Assembly: GCA_030264375.1 (NCBI GenBank) | Contig: JASCQW010000001.1 | Span: 142,079,363 to 142,143,362 of the forward strand | Length of the DNA stretch: 64,000 bases | Direction: 5' to 3' | DNA from: Carcharhinus longimanus | Lineage: Eukaryota | Shown: positions 35,396-47,876 of the stretch, one piece after another | Layout of the letters: each line of letters starts with the position of its first letter | How positions within the stretch are numbered: the stretch's first letter is position 1 | Translations under genes and position numbers: made by a program | The notes under the pieces: generated by a model | Database searches by the model: none | Told to the model about the DNA's origin: nothing | What the model saw: the letters and a program-made list of their open reading frames with translations, nothing else

Positions 35396-36929
35396 AAGAG
35401 ATTCATAAAATCCAATCCTTCTTCAAAAGCATTCTTTCATTGTGCTGCCGTGGAAATGAAGTGCCGATTTTTGTTGCTTCGACGTCTTCTTGGGAAGATT
35501 AGTCAAAATAGCTCCTTATGAAATGCAGCAAGTGTGGTTACAAACCAAAGATAACCAATTAAATGAGTCTTTAATCCACCAAAAGCCTGACTGGCAGATG
35601 GATGCAAGTCCAATAAATTTCCTCAGAAGTTGTGTGAAGACTGTGGGTTGTATAAAAGTTCTTTTGTAGTGGAGAATAACTGGAATTCCTCCCAGCTAGT
35701 CAGCAGTAAATATATTGTATTCTTTGGTTGTCTTAATTGTGGAAAAGAATTGTAGATTAGCACTTCTGTAATAGAAAAGTTATGAAAGTCACAAGTTAGT
35801 ACAATAGACACATAGGAGGGTAGTTTTAATTTTTGGGAGAACAATTATCAGAGTGCCCCAGTTTGAGGTTGTGACCTTATTTAAATTGAACGGTGAGCTT
35901 TGGGTGTCAAGCAATCCAGTTCATCACTTTCAGGCTGAACCAGTACCTGATAGCCCAGAGGTCGCCAGGCAAACAGCAAGGTTAACCTGACTGTGCAGGT
36001 AAAGGTTGAGCGGATGCTGGGGATTATGGAAATGAGGAAGCACAGAGTCGCAAGGTTTCAGTATGCATATTAAAAAAGGCCAGCCACCCAAATGGTGGGT
36101 GGGGTGGGGAGGGGGGGGGAGGTGTGGTGATGTGGGGGGCTACTGTTTCAGGTAGTTTAGATGGCTAGCGTGTGAATGATGCCAACAATGTGGATTCAAT
36201 CCCTATAGCGGCTGTGGTAGTGCACTGAGGCCCTTCTTTCCTTGCCCTACAATTGTCGAGTGGCACCTATTGGACTGCAAGTTGCCAAAAATGTCTCTCT
36301 GTTGGAAAGATATGCCTGTGGTCCTTTGGGCCTCAGGGTAGATGCACCCAAATTTGGAAGTATTTCAGCTGCTTAGGGGTCAACCTCTCTGCAACTATCA
36401 GCAGACCAATCATTAACATTAATGAGCTGGCAAGCCCATTTTGAGGGCATTACCACCCTGTTAAGACAAATTTATGTAGTTAAGATCAGTCATGTGGTGT
36501 GCTATTTTCTGGTAATTTGCAGTGAAATCTGGGCCAGATTTGGGCTGAAATTGCATTGAAATTGTGGTGTCAGCAATGTTAGTATTTTTGCATGGAATTC
36601 TTTTGTATTCTGTCTGAATGAACGTTACCATTATTTTAACTGAAGCATTAGCTTTCCACACGATCGGCTTGAATAACACAGTATTGTAGAATTGCATTTT
36701 AGATCTTGTGATTGTCATTGATTGTCATTAGCCAGAAAACCCGAAAACAACTGCTTATATTTATGTAATGCTTTCAGCGTGTTGGAATGTCCCAGGTTGC
36801 TTAGAACAACTCAATACCGCAATAACCCAGCAAAACACATTTAGTCTGTATATGTTGCACAGTGAAGATATGGGCTGTTGTCGCATGTTTCAAGGATTTG
36901 GCACATTTCCAAGTTGAGATGATTAGCAA

Positions 36930-37135
36930 CTTTTTAAAAATTCTTTAATGGATGTGGGCATTGTTGGCTAGCTCAGTATTTATTGCCAAGCCCTCGTTAT
37001 CCTTGAGAAGGTGGAGGCCTTCTTGAACCGCTGCAATCCATGTGGTGTAGGTACACCCATGATGCTTCTAGGGAGGGAGTTCCAAGTTCTTGACCCAGCA
37101 ACTGTGAAGGAGCAATGATATAGTTCCAAATCAGG
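36930..37135 (-). mobile_element. LINE 3' end (same family as 4878-5073)
   Basis: atttattgccaagccctcgttatccttgagaaggtggaggccttcttgaaccgctgcaatccatg is the reverse complement of the 4950-5030 tail. Confidence 0.8.
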
Positions 37136-40100
37136 GTGCTGATTCTCCCTGTGTTAATGCCTCCTATACATCTGCATTTTTAAAAATCAACAAATAATTT
37201 GAATAGATTGACTTTGTATTAGGAGGTGTGAGCTGTAATAATTTAATTGTTTTGCCTATGATGCGTCCTGTATGCAGAATTCAAACTCCATATGTCACTA
37301 TTTTTCATTCACACCTGTATTTCTGCAACAATGATGTATGGAACAGATACATATACAAATCCTTGTTATAATTGTCAGCTCCCAAATATTCCTCCAGTAC
37401 TGATGTTCTCTGCCATCCCATTGGCTCAGCCTAGTTTTGACCTCCACAATCTTGCCGGTTCTGTGTTTTCTTCCGACCATATCTGCTCAGCAAGCGCACT
37501 CCTCTAGGCTCTAAACATATGGAAGAAGGGAGAAACTTCAGTTCAAAGTCTTCTTTCCGTCCACCTGTGTATGCTGATTATTCCTCTGCATGCCAAGAAA
37601 TACCAGCTGGGCATTCGTTATGTGGTGAGGTTGGATCGCTGTGTTTCCCTTCCATTTTTAGGCAGTTTTTATTCAGACAGGACAGGATTTTCTGGGCCCT
37701 TGGATCAATTGGTAGGAAGGTGTTGGGTCTCCAGGTTTGTCGGGAAAATAGTGGACAGCTTGTCAATGCATTCCCACCAGGGAAGTTTGCTGGTGGCAGG
37801 ATCAGATGCAGATCAGCAGCTGCTGAATGAAGACAACAGCCAATTTAAATAATATTGCTTCTATTAAGGTTAATTATCTTGGCCCGCTGGCATTTTGTCA
37901 GTAATGGGGGGATCCCACACCATGTGGGGAAGATGCCAACTTCACATATTCAGCTTCCCTGTGGCTGCCCACGGGACCACTCGAACTGGAGGCTCCATGT
38001 TCCAAAGTGGATTCCACAGGCACGGAATCCACACCCATGGCCCACTGGTTCACCTCGAAGACCTTGCTTGCTTGCTTGGTTCCTCTGAATTTTAATTTTA
38101 TACTTCTCTTTGGGGTCCAGAACTGCCTCTGCAGCACCCATTTCTCCTGGTGAGGCTGATGAGGTGTTGGAATAGCCAGCCCTGTGATTGGACCAGATGT
38201 CTGCCATCTGTTTTTATAAGGATGACAAAGCCAGAGGTGCCCAGCTAATAGGCTGCCTCCAATAACATGGCTAAGACTGACCAGTGCCAACATGTGGCTT
38301 AGAACCCACCCTGTGTTGAGGGGTCCCAAACACTGCAGTAAATTCCTGTCTATCTTAGCTAACAAATTTTGATAGCAGTCAATTGAATCAAAGTGACTAT
38401 AATCGCAAGGGCTTATATTGGGCCCTGTTGTGCCTATTTCTTGGATGCTATATCACTAACGTTCTAAAAAGGTGACGAGAGGCACGTGCACACTTACTCA
38501 CGAAAATGTACAGGACACTGACAAGGTAAAGGAATGTATGCGTATATGTCTAACAATCACTGGCAACATGTAGAGCAGCAAGATGATGACACAAATCATT
38601 GTGCAACGCTAATATGAAACCACCGCTGTAATTTTGCAATTCCACGCTTCAGCAAAGTCCTACCTTAACCTTCCACAGCTGAACATGACATTGAGCAGAA
38701 CAAAAGAGCCTCACCAACATTATTTAAAGGGGTCATGAAACACTTGCAAGTTAGTTGATGTTGTAGGTGCTTTTGGAGGTTTCCTCTGCTTGCATGGTCA
38801 GTTATCTGCAATAAATTACAGCATAGATTCAGTTAATAAAGGACTTCCACACTATTCCTTGCAGCTGCAAGGTACCTAGATTAACTGAGCACCGTGAACT
38901 CATGAAATTTTTCTCCCTACCAGCGCATGCAACTCATGAACAGTACATGTGGTGCTCGCTGCACTTGACAATCACGTTAAACTGCAGGTGGCAGAAAGTT
39001 AACATGCTACTTGCAGCACAGTGAATGGGTACAGATTAATTACATGCCATCCTCCCCATGCCCACTTTCAAGGGTTATCCAATTTAACCCCAGTTATCTC
39101 TTCCACAGCTTCTGGCTCACTGAGCCTAAGCGTAAAAATTATCATAATTTCTTCCAGGGAAAGCAGCAAGTTTATTATTATCTTTTNNNNNNNNNNNNNN
39201 NNNNNNNNNNNNNNNNNNNNNNNNNNNNNNNNNNNNNNNNNNNNNNNNNNNNNNNNNNNNNNNNNNNNNNNNNNNNNNNNNNNNNNAGGGAAAGCAGCAA
39301 GTTTATTATTATCTTTTCACACTGCTTGCATCCAGTTACAAATTAAGTAATAAAGTTGAACCATGAAGGATTGTGCTATTATTCATGGTGATTAATCCTC
39401 AGGCTAGAACTTTAGCACCTCAAACAAATATATGCTTAAAATATTTTATCACTGAGAGAAGCAGCAAAATGGTAACTCATTATTGGGCAACAGCACATTT
39501 TTTTAAAAACCCAAAAGCTGTGCCACAATGTATAAAATGGCAGTATACTGTGAAAGTAAAGGCAATTGTAAATGTCAGCAGTGGTGGAAAAATATAAGAG
39601 CAAATACTGAAATATTTTTCCCTGTGTTTTAAATTACATGCATGTCTAATTCAATTTTAAAACCACTGAACATATCTCTATTTAGAATGTGCCAGAATTT
39701 TCTGTTGCTTTTATTCTGTTCCAGTCTCTCTTATTAATTTATTCCTTCATCTTTTCATTGAATGTCGTGCACTGATGATACCGCAAAACCTATTTTTGGA
39801 CCACCTATTTAGAATATCCACAGCTTTGTTAAGATGTCCACCAGTGAGGCCCTAAAGCTACAAAGCACAAATTGGGAACAGAGGAGAATATGCCTTAGTG
39901 AACTTTGTGGGTATGCCACTTATAGTCAGTTGTTTGGTCAACCATTTTACAATGCACTACTTAAATGTTTTTTAAATGTCAATTCATATTAGCAAACCTA
40001 AACAATTAATATTAACTTAATATGAACACAGATGTTTTGCATCATAAATACTGAGAACGTTGGAAGTTGTTTGAGAAAAATCAATTTAATTCATCATTGT

Positions 40101-41344
40101 ACAAGATCATCAATCAGAAGGGAAACTTCGGGCACAGTTGAGAGGTTAGCTGCAAATTAATGTCAACAAATTTGAAACAAAACTATGTAATTTTAGTTCA
40201 AGTTTAATCTGAATTCCAAAATATCAAATAGGCAGTTGCAAATTACCTTACAAAGCTCATTTTCAAAGTTAATTATTATCTGAATGAAAATAACGTAAAA
40301 GGGACCAAATTGTTATAACATACAGAAAGTGGTGCATTGTCATGCATAGCATGGTAACTTGAATTTCATATTAAATGAAAGTTCTGAGTCCCAAAGTAGC
40401 CATGCAAAATTGCATGCCAAAAGCGAATACAAGACTAGAGCCATTCATGTTCTTCAGTGTACATAGCGGAGAGCATATTCCACATGGGGTCGTTCTTGTT
40501 CACAGTAGTAGGCGTTGTGGTTTCAAGAACACTATTGTAGAAAAGGTTCTTGATGAAAAACACATTGGCGGCACAAAATTTAAAAAAAACTTTCCTTTTT
40601 TTTGCTTGATGCGAGGAGTAGGATTTTAAGGATGGCGAACGATTGGTTCTCTCTACTGAGAATTTGGGCCTAATGTGCAAGCACCAATTCTCAAACTCCC
40701 ACTGCTATTTAACACTCATTTGAGCATTGATTGGCAGTGGACGAGACTTCCATCCTCCCTTGAAAAGACCCACCCATGAGTGATGTCAGCCAATCAGATT
40801 GGCTGACAGCTCTTCAACCTAGTGAGGCAAAGTGCTTCAGTGGCCAGAAGCGGCACTACAGTGCTCTACCGGGGCCTAAGTACCAGGACCTTTAAATAAC
40901 TAAGTCCTGTGGGTCCAGGAGAGTACAGGACAGCCTGGGAGGGAGGTGACACCCCAACTGAGGGAACCTTCAGATTGAGGCTCACGATGGGGAAAAGTGC
41001 AAATATCACTTTCCCACCTACCTACACCCCACTCCCACCAGCCGAGAAATTGAAACTGGGTGGGATATGGTCCTTAAATGGCCACTTAAGGATCTTATAG
41101 GTGAATGGGCTGGTCTCCTGCCCAACACCCAAGCATGAAATTGCATCTGGGTTAGTGGGTGGGTTCCAGTGGGGAATCCCACCCATTCAATATTACGCTC
41201 CCCCTCCCGCCACAGAACCCACCTCAGGGGAGCATGAATTTCTGCCCACAGTTTGTTTCAAAGAGAACCCTAAATGATTTAGCTGGTAAAATAGCCACCC
41301 TGTTTCAAACTAAAAGATATCCTGAGTAAAAACCCAGGTTTCAA

Positions 41345-41722
41345 GCTGGTCATTGGTGAGATAATTATTCTGGCAGATTCTGGGTTCAAATCCCACTCTG
41401 GGAGTTGGGCACTAAAATCAAGACTGACTTTCCAGTGAAGTCCTGCACTGTTGGTGCTGTTTCAGATAAGACTTTAAACTGAAGCTTCACTAATGCCTGC
41501 TTGGCTGGATGGAAAATGTCCCATGGCACTATTTTGGAGCAAGGGAGCTATCTCCAGTGCTGTGGCTAATAATCATCCCTCAGTCACAAAAACAGATTAT
41601 CGGATCATTATCACATTGCTGCTTTTGAGAGCATGCAGTAAGCAGTTTGGCTGCCGCATTTCCTAAATTACAACACTGACAAACATCAAAAGTAACTCAT
41701 TGAGGTGAAGTGCCTTGAATTG
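41345..41722 (+). mobile_element. Deu-domain SINE (SacSINE1/AmnSINE1-like), near full length
   Basis: B box gggttcaaatccc, then a Deu-like core tcccatggcactatttt...aaacagattatcggatcattatcacattgctg...ttggctgccgcatttcct..attacaaca. Confidence 0.75.
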
Positions 41723-44700
41723 CTGGTGACTGTGGCTGGTGCTAGTCTTTTTTCAGTAGAGTTGCTGACTAATTTCAACACCTCTGGATTGATAAGGGGA
41801 ACAAAAATCAGTCAGCCAAGTTTTCTGTTTCTGTTTGCTGTCCTGTGAGTCTGTTATTTACATGTGGGCATTGGATGATGACAGGATTAAGTTTATTTGT
41901 GATGATCCCATTATGAAATGTCCTGACAATCACTGTACAAGTTTCCACAGGAGCAACAACCATCTCAGTATTCCTGAACCTCCAGCAAGAGTTGACAGTT
42001 TAAGGGAGGTAATGGGAGAAATTTTTAAATATTAAAGGTAATACTTATGCTCAGAGTCTAGGGGTGAGTTAAATTGATGACAAATGATACCATTTAATTA
42101 TAAAACTTCCTGTAAAATTCTATCTGCGCTAAATAGCTACAGTTCAGCATCTCAAATCAAGCTGATGAGTAATAGGCTTTTGAAAATGCTTTAGACTTGT
42201 GAAGAACAACTTGCAAAATAGCCATGATTTTTTTACACACAGCAAGTCAGTAAGATTTGATTCTCTCAGGACAGTTTGGTTTTTACTTAGCCCCTGTTCA
42301 ACATGCATATACAGATCCGAACAATGGCCACTACATCATTCAGAGACATACAGCCAAGACAAATCATTTCCAATCAATCTTTTTCTTCCATCACTGTGTA
42401 AGCTTGATAGCGAAAAGGTTTGGTTCTTGTTTCCTGTTAATCAAGCACAAATCAAAAATATCAATTCAAAACATAATACAACTTTTCAGCTGAAATGACA
42501 TCGTATCCCTTTTACTCTGTTCACAATTGCATTTTGTGTGCATCTGAATCCATTGTGTGTTGTCGAGATGTTTTCTTTGGTAAGATTCCCACATGAACAA
42601 ACTCCATATGAAAAACTGGCTGAAATCAATGCCATATAATGATGCATTGTGCTGAATGCTGGTGGTTATTATTGACACGCAAGGTGGCAAACACATAAAG
42701 CTTTTGAAATCAGGGTCCATTTTAACTCCTCGGTGACTGGAATGGTGGCATGGGGGTGAAAGATTCAAAGGTATGAAAAATAAGCCAGTTTTTAAACACT
42801 GCAAGTGTGTGTGTGGTGAAGAATTTATTTGATTTAAAAGAGTAAGGGTCAATTCTTAATATAGTTAACAAATTAAAATGCTGAGTGTATTCAGTTCCTC
42901 AATTCTGCCATATAATATTCAACTATATAAATTTACTGAATATCATTTTTACAGATGTTCTGTGATCAGAACCACATGCACATTTTTAAAATGGCAAGCA
43001 AAATGTAGAGCTCAAGGATTTAAAACTAGAGAGAAGAATTGCCTGGGAGAAACCAATTTATGCTAATAAGACCTTGACTAAACTAATAATAGTGGTTGAT
43101 AATCTAAGAACATACTTGCAGCATATAGTTTGTGTGGAATGTTTTTGTTGGAACTGGCTATTGAAATGACTTCTGTCCACATTAATACACAGTAAGGTTT
43201 CTCTCAGAGATGTACTCTTTGAGTCCACAGAACATGGGCAGTCAGAGGCAATTTAACAGGACAGTTACGTATTTAAGAGTTCACCTAATATTTGCAAAGC
43301 AAGACAGTCAAGTTCAGTGATTATTATGGCCTGAAATTGAACATTCCAAAAAATGATCAGCTTTAAATGTACATTTTATAATGTAATTTTATGTACATAA
43401 CAGTGATTACTGGTGACTTCATTGAAGAGTATGCTTGGAAGGATTATGTGGGCTTATGGTTCTATTATTGCATTGAACTGGTTTAAGAAGTGATTCTATA
43501 TGTTCATTTCCTGCTGTTAAAGTCACCCCACTGGGATAGTGTTAACAGTGCTGGACGAGGTAACAGCAGCTTACTGCAGCTGCCAACCTGAGTGGCTAAT
43601 TCATTCCACCAATTATAACTTGGCAAGTTACAGAAGCAATACAAATAGAATAATGAAAAAAATTAAACATTTGTCTATTAGGACATCCCAATCAGTTGAT
43701 TGGAACTGATGTACTGACCCAAGTACACATATGACTCTTTGTAATTTACCTCCTCTCTTAGAAATGTGTTTGTGTCGCAGCTCTGTCAGAATTTTAGGAT
43801 CTTTGAAGTTGTACACACATCAATATTTATCATGGAAATTGTGCTGTGTGTAAAAAAAAAAATTTGTTTGGACTCACGTTTGTGACACTGAATTATAAAT
43901 TTCTTTCTCCACTGATTAACATTTGTCAGGTCACTGCCCATTTTGTAGCCAAATGAGCCGCTTGCAGAATTATTCATACAGTCAGAATACTCAGAACCCT
44001 GCTTGGCCATGGAACTAACCTTCCACACCTCAAACACAGTCCCTGATTTGCAAGCAGTTGTGGACAGCCAAAAGACTTTATTTATCCCAGAATCCTTGAT
44101 GAGGTTCATAAAATTAGTTGGCTGCTGAATGCTGGGCCAGTTTAATTATGTGCATCTGACCACTCAGCAAAATTTGTAAATGTTTGTTAATGAATAAGCT
44201 GGAAAAAAGTTTGCCTATTTGATCAAAGTATGAAGAATGTTTCATTTGGCAGTGGATAGCTTTGATCCACTAACAGCTGAGGGTAGTTTGCAAAGCTGAA
44301 GCATAATTTCAAATCTTAAATCGAATTGGAAATTTTAGAAATTATTTCTGCACTGCTGTTGCAAAATGCTCTTTGTTATTTTGTTTAAATAGTTTACGAG
44401 ATAGTTAATGTAGTCTGGGAGAAATCGGCTACTTTGCAGTAGGCTCCAGTGGTTGGAAATAAAGTATTTCATAAACCCAAGAAATCATAAGGCGCGTTTA
44501 TCTGTTGAAGTCGGTAGATAAACGGACACAATCCTGGAGGGGGTGGTGAATGCTTGTGCTACAACTGCTCTCCTTGTAAGGTGACATCCTGCAAATTATC
44601 TTTGATGCTTGGGATATTGTTTTCTGTCAAGCTGTTTGAAATGTGTTTAAAATTTTTCTATCAATTCGTATCTCTCTTTCTTTATCTCTCTAGATATTTA

Positions 44701-46929
44701 AATTCCATGAGTCTTTGTAGCTGTTCAATTTTATGTTACCCGGTCAGCTCCCTTACCAGAGGAGAACTCTTTGCAAAAAGGAGAACCAATAGAAACATCA
44801 GACTCATTGAGTGCTCTGCACCCTCCCATTGGCACCCACGTGTGTGAACAGGCAGGACAAACGTTGCATTGGCAAATGTTTAGTGTGGTAGAGCCTCTTT
44901 TTCCCAGTGGACGATGAAACAGATGACCTGATGGCACACCTAATATATTTGAATATCTGGCTAACCATGATGTTGGATATTTTCTGAGAACATCCCTGTC
45001 ATAGTCCATCAAGCTCATAGTGGTAGCAAATGCAAAGTAGGTATATCAAGGAGGGCAAGCACCAGCACAATCTTGTTTGCACTCATCAAGACCATGTCAA
45101 ACATTATGCAGGTAATGCTCCACCTGGCAACACACATGCTATCCTGTTATGTTCTTTCTAAATACTTAGAAAATCTTATTCTTACTGTGTTGTTCCTTTA
45201 ATTGTATGCAACTCTTTAAATGAATACTTCAGCGCAATGTTCTATTTCCACCATTGTTTGTCTTGCTGCACACAACCAAAACTGCACTTGGAGAACTACA
45301 TAATTGTGATAATAAGCTGACATTGAAAATTAGTTGCAAATACCAGTGACAAGTTTGCCATCACACTTTTGCTGGTTGGCTCAAAGTTAAAATACAGCAT
45401 GTTAGAAGTGAAGGGCAAAATATTAACAAAACCTCCAATGAGAAACTGCTAAGGACTTTGAAAATGACCAGTGCTCTATGATTGGTCAGAAAATATGCCT
45501 GTTATAAAATGATGGCACAGCTGATTATTCAGAACACTCTGAAAATCTTTTTTATTTTCCCCCCCCCCCCCCAACCTGGAAATTGCTAATATTCAAAGCA
45601 TCTCAACAGATATGCCACAGGTATATTAACCTTTAGCCCTCTCTGTTCCAGTTTAAAAAAAAAAAATTTTTACCACAGAGGTTGGTAGTTCGAGTCTGGA
45701 AATTTCCCAACTCAGCAGATCTGCTTCAGTTTAAAGGATGGAGTCAGGTTTGCTGACCCCAGAGGTAGATCCTGGTGGCCACATGGAAATTGACTTTCTC
45801 AATCACAATAAATCAGTTTCTCTGTTATTATGTTGAATACATGGAAAAATACCTCTCATATTAAGAATAGTTAAAAGTAGTCTTCTAGACTACATAATTC
45901 ATCCTATATCTTTTTTCTTGATCCTCTGGTTCTGTCTTTTGATGCCAGTGCTTAAGGAGATTTGACTGTTTATTCTGTGTTCACCAAGTTCCCAGGTAAC
46001 CCATTGATTTCACTGTGTGTGCCATTGAAAATCAAAATTGATCCAACTAATGGCAACATGCTGTGAGATGCTTCATTCCAGAAAATTCTTAGCCAATGTC
46101 TCTAGCTTACCAGGCGAATAATAGATTCCGGATGGTACAGTGAAACACCTCTGTCCTTACAAAAAACTGCATTTGTTGGAGCTTTTACAACACATGGAGA
46201 TACCTCAGCACGTGCTTCACTTCAGGCTCACAGTTGGGGTAAAGCTCCCTAATTCAGCGCACTTTGCCATTGACGATTGAAGTTTAATTTATCACACACC
46301 ATTTTTATAGACGATTTTAAAATTCTGTGGCAGGCATGCATGGATGTCTTGAAAATTGCTCAATCTCCTAGAATTTGATTCACAATAAGTGGCTTTATCC
46401 ATGAGTTCACTTGTAATGTGTAACATGCTGAGTCTCTGTATTTTTCTATGTATTTTTGTGAATACGACAGAACTCAGTCCGAGGAAATTGAAGTGCAAAC
46501 TTATGGTGCTTGATTTTTAGCCCCCGCTGAGGCTAGGAGCAGGGGCTCTGGTCATCAGTCTCAGAAGAAAAATCACATTGAGTGACTGTTTTCTACATGG
46601 TGCAGTCTTCTGAGCCCCATTTGAGTCGGACTGGGGCAAGAGGAGATCAGAAGCCTGCAGAGAAATTCCTACCTATGGTCTCAATCCTAGAGCTCTATCA
46701 TTCCTATGTTGGCTGTGGATATTGACTTCATATAGAATCATCAAACCATTCAGAATGATAACTGAATTATTAGCATCTTTACAAATACTAGAGATGGTGA
46801 ATGACACATCAGCAATGTACAATATACATCATGCAAAATTTGAGACTGGTACAGATGACTGAATTATCACAAACATAATTAAGGAACTGTAAATCATTGA
46901 TATCAGAACACATTCTCAGAGTTCATATG

Positions 46930-47876
46930 TTTGATTTTGATTTGATTTATTATTGTCATTAGCATACAATGAAAAATATTGTTTTTTGCGTGCTATACAG
47001 ACAAAGTATACCGTTCATAGAGAAGGAAACGAGAGTGCAAAATGTAGTATTACTATCACAGCTAGGGTGTAGAGAAAGATCAACTTACTGCAAGGTAAGT
47101 CCNNNNNNNNNNNNNNNNNNNNNNNNNNNNNNNNNNNNNNNNNNNNNNNNNNNNNNNNNNNNNNNNNNNNNNNNNNNNNNNNNNNNNNNNNNNNNNNNNN
47201 NNNNNNNNNNNNNNNNNNNNNNNNNNNNNNNNNNNNNNNNNNNNNNNNNNNNNNNNNNNNNNNNNNNNNNNNNNNNNNNNNNNNNNNNNNNNNNNNNNNN
47301 NNNNNNNNNNNNNNNNNNNNNNNNNNNNNNNNNNNNNNNNNNNNNNNNNNNNNNNNNNNNNNNNNNNNNNNNNNNNNNNNNNNNNNNNNNNNNNNNNNNN
47401 NNNNNNNNNNNNNNNNNNNNNNNNNNNNNNNNNNNNNNNNNNNNNNNNNNNNNNNNNNNNNNNNNNNNNNNNNNNNNNNNNNNNNNNNNNNNNNNNNNNN
47501 NNNNNNNNNNNNNNNNNNNNNNNNNNNNNNNNNNNNNNNNNNNNNNNNNNNNNNNNNNNNNNNNNNNNNNNNNNNNNNNNNNNNNNNNNNNNNNNNNNNN
47601 NNNNNNNNNNNNNNNNNNNNNNNNNNNNNNNNNNNNNNNNNNNNNNNNNNNNNNNNNNNNNNNNNNNNNNNNNNNNNNNNNNNNNNNNNNNGTCATTATT
47701 TGAGATCCAACCGCTACAGTGGTGTCATCAGCAAACTTGAAAATTGAATTGGAGGGGAATTTGGCCATGTAGTCATAGGTGTATAAGGAGGATACTAGGG
47801 GGCTGAGAACACAACCTTATGGGGTACGCATGTTGAGGAAGATCATGGAGGAGGTGTTGTTGCTGATCCTTACTGA
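46930..47876 (-). mobile_element. Rex1/Babar-like LINE (RT fragment plus 3' tail) spanning the 47103-47691 gap
   Basis: The - strand reads ...QGCVLSPLVSSLYTYDYMAKFPSNSIFKFADDTTV (RT QG.VLSP and FADD motifs in the Rex/Babar style), with a (tcaaa)n-type tail at 46930-46960. Confidence 0.75.

Noticed and set aside
46969-47768. Long ORFs of 244 and 227 aa (also those near 6500, 16600, 39000, 50700, 55500 and 58950)
   Set aside because: They are artefacts of translating through N gaps.
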